Part shown: in pieces, positions 28,300-37,992 of the stretch
Numbering within the stretch: the stretch's first letter is position 1
Layout: the number at the start of each line of letters is the position of its first letter
DNA from: Candidatus Uhrbacteria bacterium RIFOXYC2_FULL_47_19
Lineage (GTDB): Bacteria; Patescibacteriota; Patescibacteriia; SG8-24
Assembly: GCA_001791745.1 (NCBI GenBank)
Contig: MGFG01000009.1
Span: 5,175 to 68,730, forward strand
DNA: 63,556 nt
Reading direction: 5' to 3'
Translations under genes and position numbers: made by a program
Notes under the pieces: model-generated
Database searches by the model: none
What the model saw: the letters and a program-made list of their open reading frames with translations, nothing else
Told to the model about the DNA's origin: nothing

Positions 28300-28815
28300 G
28301 ATTTCATTTTTCTACTCTTTACTTCTGGGTCCCGGATACTGTTCGACTCGCTACGCTCGCTCACAGTTCCGGGACGACAATGTTTTAACTTGTCATCCCG
28401 GAAGGCCGAGCAAGGCGAGGTCTATCCGGGATCCAGAAGCCAATCCCAATCTTTTGCTTCTGGGTCCCGGATACTGTTCGACTCGCTACGCTCGCTCACA
28501 GTTCCGGGACGACAGTGTTTTAACTTGTCATCCCGGAAGGCCGAGCAAGGCGAGGTCTATCCGGGATCCAGAAGCTAATCCCAATCTTTTTTGCCTCTGG
28601 GTCCCGGATACTGTTCGACTCGCTACGCTCGCTCATAGTTCCGGGACGACAGTGCTTTAATATGTCATCCCGGAAGGCCGAGCAAGGCGAGGTCTATCCG
28701 GGATCCAGAAGCTAATCCCAATCTTTCTGCTCCTGGGTCCCGGATACTGCTCGCTACACTCGCGGTTCCGGGACGACAAAAGGAAAGATGTCCAGCTCAA
28801 AGTCCGGGACGACAA
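28300..28815 (+). repeat. tandem array (~3.5 copies, period 135-137 bp) of a nested-palindrome repeat unit (modules A+B)
   Basis: CTGGGTCCCGG recurs at 28325, 28460, 28597 and 28733. Each unit is CTGGGTCCCGGATACTGTTCGACTCGCTACGCTCGCTCACAGTTCCGGGACGAC + TGTCATCCCGGAAGGCCGAGCAAGGCGAGGTCTATCCGGGATCCAGAAG. Confidence 0.9.
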
Positions 28816-28909
28816 AGGAGGTGAATGAACACAACGTTAAAAAGTTTTTGAAAAATTAGATCAAAAACCACCGGATAATCGGTGGTTTTCCCCAAAACGA
28901 ATTTCCACC

Positions 28910-31027
28910 CTACTTCACTCGTCCCTTGCCGGCGCCGTAAGTATCTTCAGTAAGTGAAGTAGTAAGTGGAGGTTGTGATAGGGAGAAATCTTCATTGATA
29001 TCTTTGTCGGTTGCATCGAGAGTTGTAGCGTCGACCAAAGTCGGGATACGATCGCGTTGACTGGCAGTCGGGACAATGGTTACGTCAAAGCTGATTTCGA
29101 CTTGATCAACTGTTTTAGGCAACCAGTTGAGTTGCCAAACAATATTTCGTTCGGCTGAGTCGTAGCTAATCTCACCGGCACTAACTTGTGAACTTCCAGT
29201 CCAGCTAACATTGTCTGGTAAATGAGCTGATAGTTTTAGGTCGGTCAGATCATGAAAAGAATTTGTAATAGTCCAAACGGCTCGGTAAGTGGTTGGTTGA
29301 TCAACCTCGGGGGGTAGAAGTCCAGAACCAACTGGCACACCTTCTTCGTCGTAAAACCAGGCCGCAGCAGAGATAGTTGTGTCACTTAGTACCTTTGCTA
29401 GGATCGGTTGTGACTTAGTGGTTTTGTTGACCACATCTCCATCAACTGACTTTACTTCAGTTTCAATCCAACCAGTTAGTGACCAGTTTCCAGTTTCGGT
29501 AGGTGGTTCAGCTGAGAGGGGAACAGAAAATTCAATCACTCCTTCTTCGTCAGCTTCGATTCGTGCTAGGGACGGGATTTGCTTTGATGTCCAAGTAATA
29601 CGACCATCGTTTAATTGTCCGTTGGACTCATCTTCCAGCTCATTCCAGAGAATTAGTCCGGTTTCTGGTGACGAGTTTAATTGAACTGAGACCTTAATAT
29701 TGCCAAGACTAGCTTTACCGGTGTTGCGATAGCTGATCGAGTAGCGAAGTTGATCTCCAAGTCGGACAGCTTGGTCATTAGATCGTCCGTTCAACACCAT
29801 GGCCGCCACTAATTCACCTTGCAGTACTTCAACAGTGGCTGAGGCTTCAGCTTGTGCTACGAAATTTTCAGTTGCATCGGTGTAGCCGATCTTTGTAGTT
29901 GCAGTTACGTTGCCATGTGCTTCGGAGGCGAAGGCACCAGTCACTTTTACTGAACCAGTTCCGTACGGTTCGACTGTGCCGAGGTGCCAAATAGAGTATG
30001 AATCGTCGGAGGCGGTTGGCTCACTCGATTCGGGGATAAATTCTGGTGGGTAGGATGCGACAATAGCGATATTTTCAATTTGACGATTTGAATCATTACG
30101 ATAGTTAAAAGTAAGTTCGACTTGATCACCAGGTAGAGATTTTTCTGGACCGATCGCTTCGATTTCTATAACTGATCCGGAGATTAGTATTCCTTCTGTT
30201 GTAATTTTTTGGAATTCAGAACTAAAGTTGGCCGGTCGATAAGTAAAAATTGTTTGAATGTCATGTTCTGTATCGAGAGGAGAGAGAAAAGAACCGGTGA
30301 AGGTTAATTGTCCTCGTCCCCAAGGTGGCAAAGAGCCGATCATGTAGGTGTGACCGTCTTCGAGCTCCGGGTCCGAAGAGGTTAAAAAGAATCCGTCAGG
30401 TAATCGTAATTCTAAGGTAGCTGTGCCTAATGGAGTGTCCGAGGAGTTCTTGTAGCGAATAACAAATTCGGTTTCTGCACCGCTCTTAACTTCGGTCGGT
30501 CCTTCGATTGACATTGTTACTTGATCTCCAGTGAAGCCGGACTTTGAGCTACCAAAGAACAAAAATCCGATCCAAGAGGCGGCGGCCAGCACAGCCGTGA
30601 AGATTAGTAGTCCGATCAGGATTTTTTTTGGAGTAGAATGGCGAACCTTCTCAAAGTGAGACATGTCCTCATCACCTTCTTGGTCTGAATCTCGATCAAA
30701 GTAGATTTCAGTTAACTCTTTTTCTATTTCATCACCATCAATAATTGGCATTTTTTCGGCAACTTCTGGTGGTAGAATTTTTGATAAATCAGCCGTGGGT
30801 GTCGTGGGAGCTACTGGGGTAGTTGGGACAGCTTTGGTGACTGATTCTTGTGGGGAAATAACCAAAAGTTCAGACTCCGATACAGGTGGAGTCGGCTTAG
30901 TTGGTGGATTGACGGTAGACTTTTTGGACGGTTTCTTGCTGGCCTTAGTCGATTTACTTCGACGAGACTTTTCAAATTTGCCAGCAGTCTTAGACTTCGG
31001 ATCTTTTTCCTCCTTCTTTTTTGGCAT
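28910..31027 (-). CDS. membrane-anchored surface protein with repeated DUF11/CARDB-like beta-sandwich domains
   Basis: Lys/Pro-rich N-terminus, one TM segment (ILIGLLIFTAVLAAASWIGFLFF), then at least four repeats of the pattern x-Y-x-N-x-(S/G)...L.L..P.GF. The ATG at 31027 (MPKKKEEK) is preferred over the track start. Confidence 0.65.
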   Translation of the reverse strand: MPKKKEEKDPKSKTAGKFEKSRRSKSTKASKKPSKKSTVNPPTKPTPPVSESELLVISPQESVTKAVPTTPVAPTTPTADLSKILPPEVAEKMPIIDGDEIEKELTEIYFDRDSDQEGDEDMSHFEKVRHSTPKKILIGLLIFTAVLAAASWIGFLFFGSSKSGFTGDQVTMSIEGPTEVKSGAETEFVIRYKNSSDTPLGTATLELRLPDGFFLTSSDPELEDGHTYMIGSLPPWGRGQLTFTGSFLSPLDTEHDIQTIFTYRPANFSSEFQKITTEGILISGSVIEIEAIGPEKSLPGDQVELTFNYRNDSNRQIENIAIVASYPPEFIPESSEPTASDDSYSIWHLGTVEPYGTGSVKVTGAFASEAHGNVTATTKIGYTDATENFVAQAEASATVEVLQGELVAAMVLNGRSNDQAVRLGDQLRYSISYRNTGKASLGNIKVSVQLNSSPETGLILWNELEDESNGQLNDGRITWTSKQIPSLARIEADEEGVIEFSVPLSAEPPTETGNWSLTGWIETEVKSVDGDVVNKTTKSQPILAKVLSDTTISAAAWFYDEEGVPVGSGLLPPEVDQPTTYRAVWTITNSFHDLTDLKLSAHLPDNVSWTGSSQVSAGEISYDSAERNIVWQLNWLPKTVDQVEISFDVTIVPTASQRDRIPTLVDATTLDATDKDINEDFSLSQPPLTTSLTEDTYGAGKGRVK

Positions 31028-31037
31028 AGTTGATGAG

Positions 31038-33641
31038 CTAGCGAATCGGCATCTCTCCCATGACACCAAAGAAAAGGTCATGGGTCAGTGTTGCGCTGGC
31101 GACCTCACGGCCGCGTTCGTCAGTTTCGTGATCGGGAGAAGACCAAATAGTAGAGTAGCCGCGCGGTAGGTCTACTGTAGAGATAAGTTCAGCTGGCACA
31201 GCTCCAGATTGTTTTTGAATCAGTAAGGAATAATTTAGTCGTCGACTCTCGCTACTATTGGTCAGTTTGGTGTAAAGCGAGGAGATTAGACTACCTTGAG
31301 GACCTTGGAGTTCTACGGTACCTGGAGGAAGTTGATAGGTAAGGGAAATTTCACTAGTTTGACCTGGATCAGTTTGGACCCAGTTACCAAAAACAGTTTT
31401 GCCATTTTCGGTTGTTGTTCGTGTTCCAGAACGACGGTCAAGCAGTTCTTTATCTTGGATCCGAGCTAAGGTCGGATCCTGTACATAATCAGGATCTGGT
31501 AATTTGAAGAGTTTAGGGTCCGGGCTTTCAAAGCCATTCGCTTCGACGAGCGTACTACCAAGTGGTACGTAAACACGTAAATAGTCCACATTGCGTACGC
31601 CAGTAAAAGTTTCGCCTTTGATGCCATTATGAGTTCGAGTCACAGTTAGGGTGACCAAAGCCGACCCATCAGCCAACACCTTGGCGTCATGTCTGATCTG
31701 TTCGGTCATAACCGAGTCGGTTTTCTGTCCGGCAATGTTCGAGTGAACTAGTTGTAGGTAGTCACCAGGGGAAGTTCTGATTTCACCTGACCAACCTAGT
31801 TCGACTGAACGATTTTGCATATCCGGATCATTGAACCACATCTGAATTTCACGATCGGCTAGCGAGTTACTTACTGCCTCAGCTAGTGGTAGATAGTCGT
31901 CACGTTCAGCGTTCATGACTAGGTCGAGAATTATCGGCGCTAGATCGGAAATGATTTGCTTTGGTTGATTTTCTTCACGGTTGTAGTCAAGCTCAACTTC
32001 ACGCTGTGTTTCAGTCATGAAGTTTTCAGAAGAAAGAGCAACTTCATATTTCGGCATTTCGATCGGGCCGACCACAGCCAGCAGTCGTTCCATTACATTG
32101 GCGTTGATTGCAATTACTCCATCAACAGTTGGTCCACCACTTTTTTCATAAAACCAGGCCAGACGTTGAGCGGAGGTTGGGAAGTCAGGTGACCAGTTGG
32201 CATCCTGGAATTGCCAGTGTGGGTTGATGAGTCGCAGCGGGCGAGGGGAGACCAATTTTTCAGTGAGCGATCCTTGTAGGTCATACGATCCACCGCCTGG
32301 TATTTCGAGATTGGTAACTTTGCCCTGATTAACATCGAGCAAAGCGAAGCTACCAATGAATCCACCCGTCGGTCGTAATTCAGAGTCGTTTTGGAAAACT
32401 ACTAAGTAACGTCGAGGCTGCTCTGATCCGACCAGTAAAGCCAGGAAGCCAGCCATGTGAGTGAGTTGATCCATACCACCAACTATTCGTGGTAGTTCAG
32501 ATTTGGCCTGACCGAGCGTGTCACGGTATTCAACTGGCAGCGACTCTGGGGACATCAGAGCCACAGCATCGTTGGCTCGCATCAAATGAGGCATGGCTCT
32601 AGAAAGTTGTATCTCGAGTCCACGTAATTTCTCTGATGGAGAGACATTAGATTCCAATACATCAAGCCCTGAGGCTAGTTTTTTGCCACCGGCCGTCAGT
32701 TGATCACCGACTACAAGCATGAGTCCAGCCGTTGAAATATTACTCGATGGAACTATCGAACCAGCGGCGGTTAGTACAGAAGATAAGATACCAAGTCGGT
32801 TTTTTATTTGAGTGAAATGTTCTTCAGCTTGACGGAAGGCAGCCTGAACTCCGTTAAAGTCACTGGTTTGAGCAGCGGTTTGCGCCAGCTTTAGGCTTTC
32901 CATGGCTTGAAGGCCCTGGTCCATGGTGTCGGCCTTGATCAGATTCAACGAACCGAACGATTTATAGATACCTAGCGGTAGTAATACAGCCAAAGCTAGC
33001 GAGGCTAAAGCCCAAACTGGGGCTAGTCGTAGACGAGGTGTGGTTAGTTTGGCTGGTAGTAGTTTGTCTAAATTTGGTTTGGGTAAATGAACGACTGGCA
33101 GAGTCGGTAGTTTTAGTTTGGTTGTTGGTTTGATTGGTTTAGTTACAGCAACTGGCGATATTTTGATAGTTGGATTTTTGACTGGGGTTGGGAGTAGTGA
33201 AATCAATGGCTGTAAAGTCAATCGATAAATGAGTACCATCACAGTTTGCAGAAGGGCTAAGACAGTCAGTTCGGCCATTGGATGTCCTTCGAAGAAGTTT
33301 CGGATGGTGATGGTTACAGCATGAATCAGTGTCAGAGCCTCCTTTGGAGGTAGATCGCGCCAACCCCTAGGTCGAATAGAGACCGATCGGTGGCGCATTT
33401 CTTTTAAATAGATCCGTTCGTCAAGCATCATCTGCCACTTGTTTGGTAAACGACGTTTGGTTTGGATTAGCTTGGTTTTTTTTGGTTGGGGAGTCGGGTG
33501 AACCTCAATCAATGGTGGTTTTAGGTTGATGACAAATGGCGAAAAACGACGCTCCCTTTCGGGTCGTTGAGTTTCTTCCATTCGCAACAGCTCTGGTATT
33601 GTGGTGTTGGTATCGTCAGGTTGTCTGTTGATGTCGTTCAT
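31038..33641 (-). CDS. DUF4012-like large envelope protein
   Basis: One TM region, then ELRPTGGFIGSFALLDVNQGKV and following segments typical of the DUF4012 family found next to polysaccharide loci. Start uncertain (ATG 33641 chosen). Confidence 0.65.
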   Translation of the reverse strand: MNDINRQPDDTNTTIPELLRMEETQRPERERRFSPFVINLKPPLIEVHPTPQPKKTKLIQTKRRLPNKWQMMLDERIYLKEMRHRSVSIRPRGWRDLPPKEALTLIHAVTITIRNFFEGHPMAELTVLALLQTVMVLIYRLTLQPLISLLPTPVKNPTIKISPVAVTKPIKPTTKLKLPTLPVVHLPKPNLDKLLPAKLTTPRLRLAPVWALASLALAVLLPLGIYKSFGSLNLIKADTMDQGLQAMESLKLAQTAAQTSDFNGVQAAFRQAEEHFTQIKNRLGILSSVLTAAGSIVPSSNISTAGLMLVVGDQLTAGGKKLASGLDVLESNVSPSEKLRGLEIQLSRAMPHLMRANDAVALMSPESLPVEYRDTLGQAKSELPRIVGGMDQLTHMAGFLALLVGSEQPRRYLVVFQNDSELRPTGGFIGSFALLDVNQGKVTNLEIPGGGSYDLQGSLTEKLVSPRPLRLINPHWQFQDANWSPDFPTSAQRLAWFYEKSGGPTVDGVIAINANVMERLLAVVGPIEMPKYEVALSSENFMTETQREVELDYNREENQPKQIISDLAPIILDLVMNAERDDYLPLAEAVSNSLADREIQMWFNDPDMQNRSVELGWSGEIRTSPGDYLQLVHSNIAGQKTDSVMTEQIRHDAKVLADGSALVTLTVTRTHNGIKGETFTGVRNVDYLRVYVPLGSTLVEANGFESPDPKLFKLPDPDYVQDPTLARIQDKELLDRRSGTRTTTENGKTVFGNWVQTDPGQTSEISLTYQLPPGTVELQGPQGSLISSLYTKLTNSSESRRLNYSLLIQKQSGAVPAELISTVDLPRGYSTIWSSPDHETDERGREVASATLTHDLFFGVMGEMPIR

Positions 33642-34785
33642 CGTTCTTTTGTAGACTTTGTTCGTAGATGGCCAATGTGCGAGCGGCCGTGTCACGCCAG
33701 CTGTAGCAAGTGCATTGGATTCTTCCAGCTTCGATCAGTTTAGTTCGCAGTCCTTCGTCATCAGCTAGTCGCGACATGGCTGTTACCATCGACTCGATGT
33801 CCTCCGGGTCGAAGTAGAGAGCAGCTTGACCCAATGTCTCTGGCAGACACGACTGATTTGAAGAGACGACCGGTAATCCGTAGCTCATCGCTTCAAGCGG
33901 CGGGATACCGAAGCCTTCACATAGTGACGGGAAGACGTAGAACGATGCGTTGCGATACAGATCGGCCAGCTCTTCGTCGCTGGCTCGTCCGAAGAATGTC
34001 ACTCCCAGGCCAAGTTGTTCGCGAGTCATCTCTTTCTGCAGTCGTTCGTAGAAGTAGTCGTTGGCCCCGACTAGCACCAGGCTATAGTTTTCGTGACCTT
34101 GCCGGCGAAATTGATCGAATCCTTTGACCAGACGTTCCAGATTCTTATGCGGATAGGCGCTGCCGACGTAGAGAGTATAAGGTTTCTTTGGTGCAGATGT
34201 TCGTTCGGTCGATTCGTTCTTGTTCTCATTATTGCCAAAGTTTTCAGAGCAGGCGCAATCGGTCACAATAATCGACTTATTTTTTGTTCTCGGGAAAAGT
34301 TGTTCGATTTCTTTTTTGGTTGTTCTGGAGACAGTCAAAATGGTTTTGGCTCGTCGAAGTGCATTGGCTATGACTAAGCGGTAGGCCAGAAATTTCAGTC
34401 GGTAGATCAGTGGGTTCAGAGTCGTGGATCGTACGGTCGGAAAACGTAGTAGGATCAGATCATGCACTGTCGTGATAAATGGCCGGCGGTATAGGATTGG
34501 TACATTGAAGTGAGGAAAGTGCATCAGGTCCAGATGAAAACGGCGCAGAAACAACGGGAAAAGGATTTGTTCATTTAGGGAATAGCAGCGATATTCAGCC
34601 AATTCCTTACGAAAGTTCGGTGTTGTCGGCTGATAATCATCGAAGTTTTCCCGACGTAGAAAGATCACGTACTCGTTCCGGTCGTCGAGTTGTTCGAGGT
34701 GGGTAATTAGCTCACTGACGTAACGCCCCAGACCTTTGCCGATTGTGCCGTAGAAACGGGCGTCAATGCCGATCTTCATGGTCAT
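33616..34785 (-). CDS. GT4-family glycosyltransferase
   Basis: FVFPSLCEGFGIPPLEAMSYGLPVVSS (EX7E region). 389 aa. Confidence 0.85.
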   Translation of the reverse strand: MTMKIGIDARFYGTIGKGLGRYVSELITHLEQLDDRNEYVIFLRRENFDDYQPTTPNFRKELAEYRCYSLNEQILFPLFLRRFHLDLMHFPHFNVPILYRRPFITTVHDLILLRFPTVRSTTLNPLIYRLKFLAYRLVIANALRRAKTILTVSRTTKKEIEQLFPRTKNKSIIVTDCACSENFGNNENKNESTERTSAPKKPYTLYVGSAYPHKNLERLVKGFDQFRRQGHENYSLVLVGANDYFYERLQKEMTREQLGLGVTFFGRASDEELADLYRNASFYVFPSLCEGFGIPPLEAMSYGLPVVSSNQSCLPETLGQAALYFDPEDIESMVTAMSRLADDEGLRTKLIEAGRIQCTCYSWRDTAARTLAIYEQSLQKNDERHQQTT

Positions 34786-34983
34786 GTTCAGCTAATTCCG
34801 GATGTCTATTAGAATCGTCGTTTTGGTTCCAAATACAATATGCATATTATAGCAGAAGACGTGTCTGGATTTAAGTGGAGTTCGATTCATGTGAGCATGT
34901 AAGTTTGTTGCCACTTTGTCATCGGTTCCAAATTAGGTATGCTGACTTTAGATGGGGGCATAACTCGGCCTAAATAAGCCTGT

Positions 34984-35562
34984 ATGGTTATGCAGAATGA
35001 AGAGCTTTATAGAAAATATCTTTCTGGGCGTCATTGGGATAATCATCCCACTTCTCATGCTCAAAAGTTTGCCGACTTTTTGCTCTCGGACGGATTTCGT
35101 GGCCGTCTAGTTGATCTTGGTTGTGGGAACGGTCGAGATGCAGCTGTCTTTTGTCATCGGGGGATTGAAGCCTGGGGTATTGATCTCTCTGAAGAGGAGA
35201 TTGCCATGGCCAGATCAAAACATCCGAACTGTCGGTTCGAGGTTGGCGATGCTGAACAGTTTGATTTTGTCGATTGTAGTATTGGAGCTCTTTTCATGAT
35301 TAATGTGGTGCACTATCTGGATAAGCATCGAGCTCTTAAGGAGGCTCATCGCGTACTTCAACCTGGCGGTTTTTTCCTGATTCATTTCAATACAATGATA
35401 GCGGATCAATATGGTCGGGTTGACTATGCACAGGACGAAGCAGAGATTTTTAGATTGATTAAAAATTTTGAAGTCGTCCAAAAAAATTCTCTTGTGCGAG
35501 TTGATTCAACTCCGATCGTTCATACGCATGCAATTCTCGAATTAATTTTGAGAAAGTCATAA
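34984..35562 (+). CDS. class I SAM-dependent methyltransferase
   Basis: Motif I LVDLGCGNGRDA, LQPGGFFLI. Confidence 0.75.
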   Translation: MVMQNEELYRKYLSGRHWDNHPTSHAQKFADFLLSDGFRGRLVDLGCGNGRDAAVFCHRGIEAWGIDLSEEEIAMARSKHPNCRFEVGDAEQFDFVDCSIGALFMINVVHYLDKHRALKEAHRVLQPGGFFLIHFNTMIADQYGRVDYAQDEAEIFRLIKNFEVVQKNSLVRVDSTPIVHTHAILELILRKS

Positions 35563-35580
35563 GGTTTATTTTTCAGAGTA

Positions 35581-35610
35581 AAAAAGATCGTTGTAAGACG
35601 ATCTTTTTTG
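35581..35610. terminator. bidirectional rho-independent terminator
   Basis: AAAAAGATCGT tgtaag ACGATCTTTTTT. Confidence 0.8.
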
Positions 35611-35620
35611 TCTGTCCGAA

Positions 35621-36745
35621 CTATTTTTTGATTTCGGCGAAGGCATGTTCCAGTCGGTCAGCACTGAGGTCCCAGGTGAATTGGCTGGCTCTGGTCGGTC
35701 CGGCCTGACGGAGATGTCTTTCCAGCTCTGCATCGTTTAGGATGGTGTTGATAGCCCAGGTTATCTCTTCAGTCCGATCGGGGTTAACTAGTAGTCCAGC
35801 CTCGCCAACCACCTCGGGTAAGGAGGTTGTACTACTGGCGATGACCGGTGTACCGCAGGCTAGGGCCTCGAGCACTGGCATGCCGAAACCTTCGTAGAAA
35901 GATGGGTAAACAAAGGTGGTTGCAGCTGAGTAAAGTGCTGGTTTATCATTTTCATCGATGTAACCAAGAAATTTGATTTTGTCTCGTTTATGTGACATTT
36001 TGGCAGTTTTGAAGATCTGGTTATACAACCAGCCTCGTCCACCAGCTAGTACTAGTTCAGTCTCGCCGGTGTCGGCTCGATCGAAAGCTTGGATGATTCC
36101 GATTACATTTTTGCGTGGTTCCAACGTGGCCAGAAATAAAACGAACTGTTCAGATAGACCGTATTTTTTTCGTATGTCGGCGGTCTCGGCGATGGCAAGT
36201 GGGTGATAAAAATTAGTATCTACACCAGGATTGACTACCTGTATAAGGGCTTCATCTAGATTGAATACCTCAACTAAGTCCTCCTTAGTATGATTCGAGG
36301 CTGCGATTACAAGTGCCGCCTGATTTAGCACACGTCGTAGTCCTGTCAGACGGTTGCGTAATCGATGTTTACAAGAGAAGAATTCTGGGCGTCGAATGAA
36401 GGATAAGTCGTGGACCGTCAGTGTATAGGGTTGATGAGTTGCTAGAAAGTTCAGATCTGGTAGGTAGGCTAAGTCGAATTCACCAACCATCTCTTCTAGT
36501 TTAGGTCGGCCGGTTAGGAAGATTGATAGGTTCAATAGGCGATTTGAGCGGCGAAAAAAGTGATGAGTGGTCGAGTTATCCGACAATGGAATGTCGACTG
36601 GAAACGGCAATCTTGAAGAATTGCAAAAGAGGGCGTATTGATGCGCCCCCCTTTCTATTAGACGCCGTATTAAGTGCAGCGTATAAAGTGGCACTCCGGT
36701 CCTCTGTGGTTCTAGGAGTGGCCGGATATCGATCGCGATTCTCAT
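35621..36745 (-). CDS. GT4-family glycosyltransferase
   Basis: [27 protein letters not shown]. 374 aa. Confidence 0.85.
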   Translation of the reverse strand: MRIAIDIRPLLEPQRTGVPLYTLHLIRRLIERGAHQYALFCNSSRLPFPVDIPLSDNSTTHHFFRRSNRLLNLSIFLTGRPKLEEMVGEFDLAYLPDLNFLATHQPYTLTVHDLSFIRRPEFFSCKHRLRNRLTGLRRVLNQAALVIAASNHTKEDLVEVFNLDEALIQVVNPGVDTNFYHPLAIAETADIRKKYGLSEQFVLFLATLEPRKNVIGIIQAFDRADTGETELVLAGGRGWLYNQIFKTAKMSHKRDKIKFLGYIDENDKPALYSAATTFVYPSFYEGFGMPVLEALACGTPVIASSTTSLPEVVGEAGLLVNPDRTEEITWAINTILNDAELERHLRQAGPTRASQFTWDLSADRLEHAFAEIKK

Positions 36746-36747
36746 GC

Positions 36748-37914
36748 TTAATTGGTAATTTTCAGCCCTGACTCGACTTTTAGTAGTCGGTTGGATGATT
36801 GCATCAAAAATCCTTCTTCATTTTTGAGATGTTCTTGATAAGCATCGCGAACGAAGTCTTTAATCCGTCTTTTAAAGACGTCTGTATCAAACTGTTCAGC
36901 ATGTTGGCGAATTTTTTGTGAATCGAATTTTTCTGGCTCGAACCTGATCACGCAGTTAGCTAATTCTTCCCAACTTTGATCTTCCAAGAAGGTGCCGGTC
37001 ACTCCTTCAATGACTGTTTCTAGTGCTCCACCTCGTCGATAGGCAATAACTGGACGACCGGCGGCCATGGATTCGACCGGAGTAATGCCGAAGTCCTCGT
37101 CTTGCGGATGAAGATAAGCGATGGCTCGAGCGTAGAGTTCCGCCTTTTGTCGTTCATTGACTTTGCCGACGAATTCGATGTTTGGTCCAGCCATTCGGCG
37201 TAGCGTCGAGAAGGATGGTCCTTCACCGAAGATCTTGAGTGGAATGCCGAGTTTGTTGAATGCTCTGACTACAACATCGAATCTCTTGTAAGCCACCAGT
37301 CGGCCGCCGGCCAGATAGTAGTCGTCGACTCGTGGAGAGATTGAATAGTTGTGCGTGTCAACCGGTGGATGAATGACTGTGCTGTCGCGTCGGTAGTATT
37401 TGGCGATTCGGTGGCGTACTGCTTGGGAGTTGGCCACGAAACGATCGACTCGATCGGCGGCATTACGATCCCAAGAACGAATACTTGATAGAAGTAGTGG
37501 CATCATTGATCTAACCGGACGTGGTAATCCGATTTCGTTGATGTAGGTGTGAGTGTCAGACCAAAGGTAGCGAGTAGGTGTGTGGCAGTAATTGATGTGT
37601 AGTGTCTCTGGTTTAGTAATAACTCCTTTAGCGAAGGCTGATGTGCTTGAAAGCACTAAATCGAAATCATTAAGGTCATATCCTTCGGTCGCTGCCGGCA
37701 TGAGTGGCATCAGCCATCTAAAGCGACGTCTGGAAAATGGAATTCGTTGTAGAAAGGAGGTCCGAATGTCGCCTCGGAAGGTCTTTCCAAAGCGTTTTTT
37801 GTCGTGCAATAAGGCGAAGATTGGTGCCTTAGGCCAGACTTCGTGGAAGGTCTTGAAGACACGTTCGGCACCACCGTCTTGGATTAGGTAGTCGTGAACT
37901 AGGGCGATTTTCAT
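36748..37914 (-). CDS. GT4-family glycosyltransferase
   Basis: YLHPQDEDFGITPVESMAAGRPVIAYRRGGALETV. 388 aa. Confidence 0.85.
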   Translation of the reverse strand: MKIALVHDYLIQDGGAERVFKTFHEVWPKAPIFALLHDKKRFGKTFRGDIRTSFLQRIPFSRRRFRWLMPLMPAATEGYDLNDFDLVLSSTSAFAKGVITKPETLHINYCHTPTRYLWSDTHTYINEIGLPRPVRSMMPLLLSSIRSWDRNAADRVDRFVANSQAVRHRIAKYYRRDSTVIHPPVDTHNYSISPRVDDYYLAGGRLVAYKRFDVVVRAFNKLGIPLKIFGEGPSFSTLRRMAGPNIEFVGKVNERQKAELYARAIAYLHPQDEDFGITPVESMAAGRPVIAYRRGGALETVIEGVTGTFLEDQSWEELANCVIRFEPEKFDSQKIRQHAEQFDTDVFKRRIKDFVRDAYQEHLKNEEGFLMQSSNRLLKVESGLKITN

Positions 37915-37992
37915 GAAGTAGATCGGTCAGGGGTATGGTGAACAACGTTGCTTCTGGTCGGTTTTTTGGTTGTGTCTTAGCAAGACCCTGTC

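Noticed and set aside
28217-28660. ORFs of 93-147 aa through the repeat arrays (also 57543-58069 and 63315-63539).
   Set aside because: Their 'proteins' are just the translated repeat unit (GPGYCSTRYARSQFRDD...CHPGRPSKARSIRDPEA) in several frames. They lack an RBS and sit in intergenic terminator-rich regions.
28300-28815. CRISPR array or DGR template/variable repeats as an explanation for the repeats.
   Set aside because: The 'spacers' are themselves repeated, and the units are ~136 bp nested palindromes rather than 25-40 bp repeats with unique spacers. No cas genes or reverse transcriptase lie nearby. Differences between copies are not adenine-specific.
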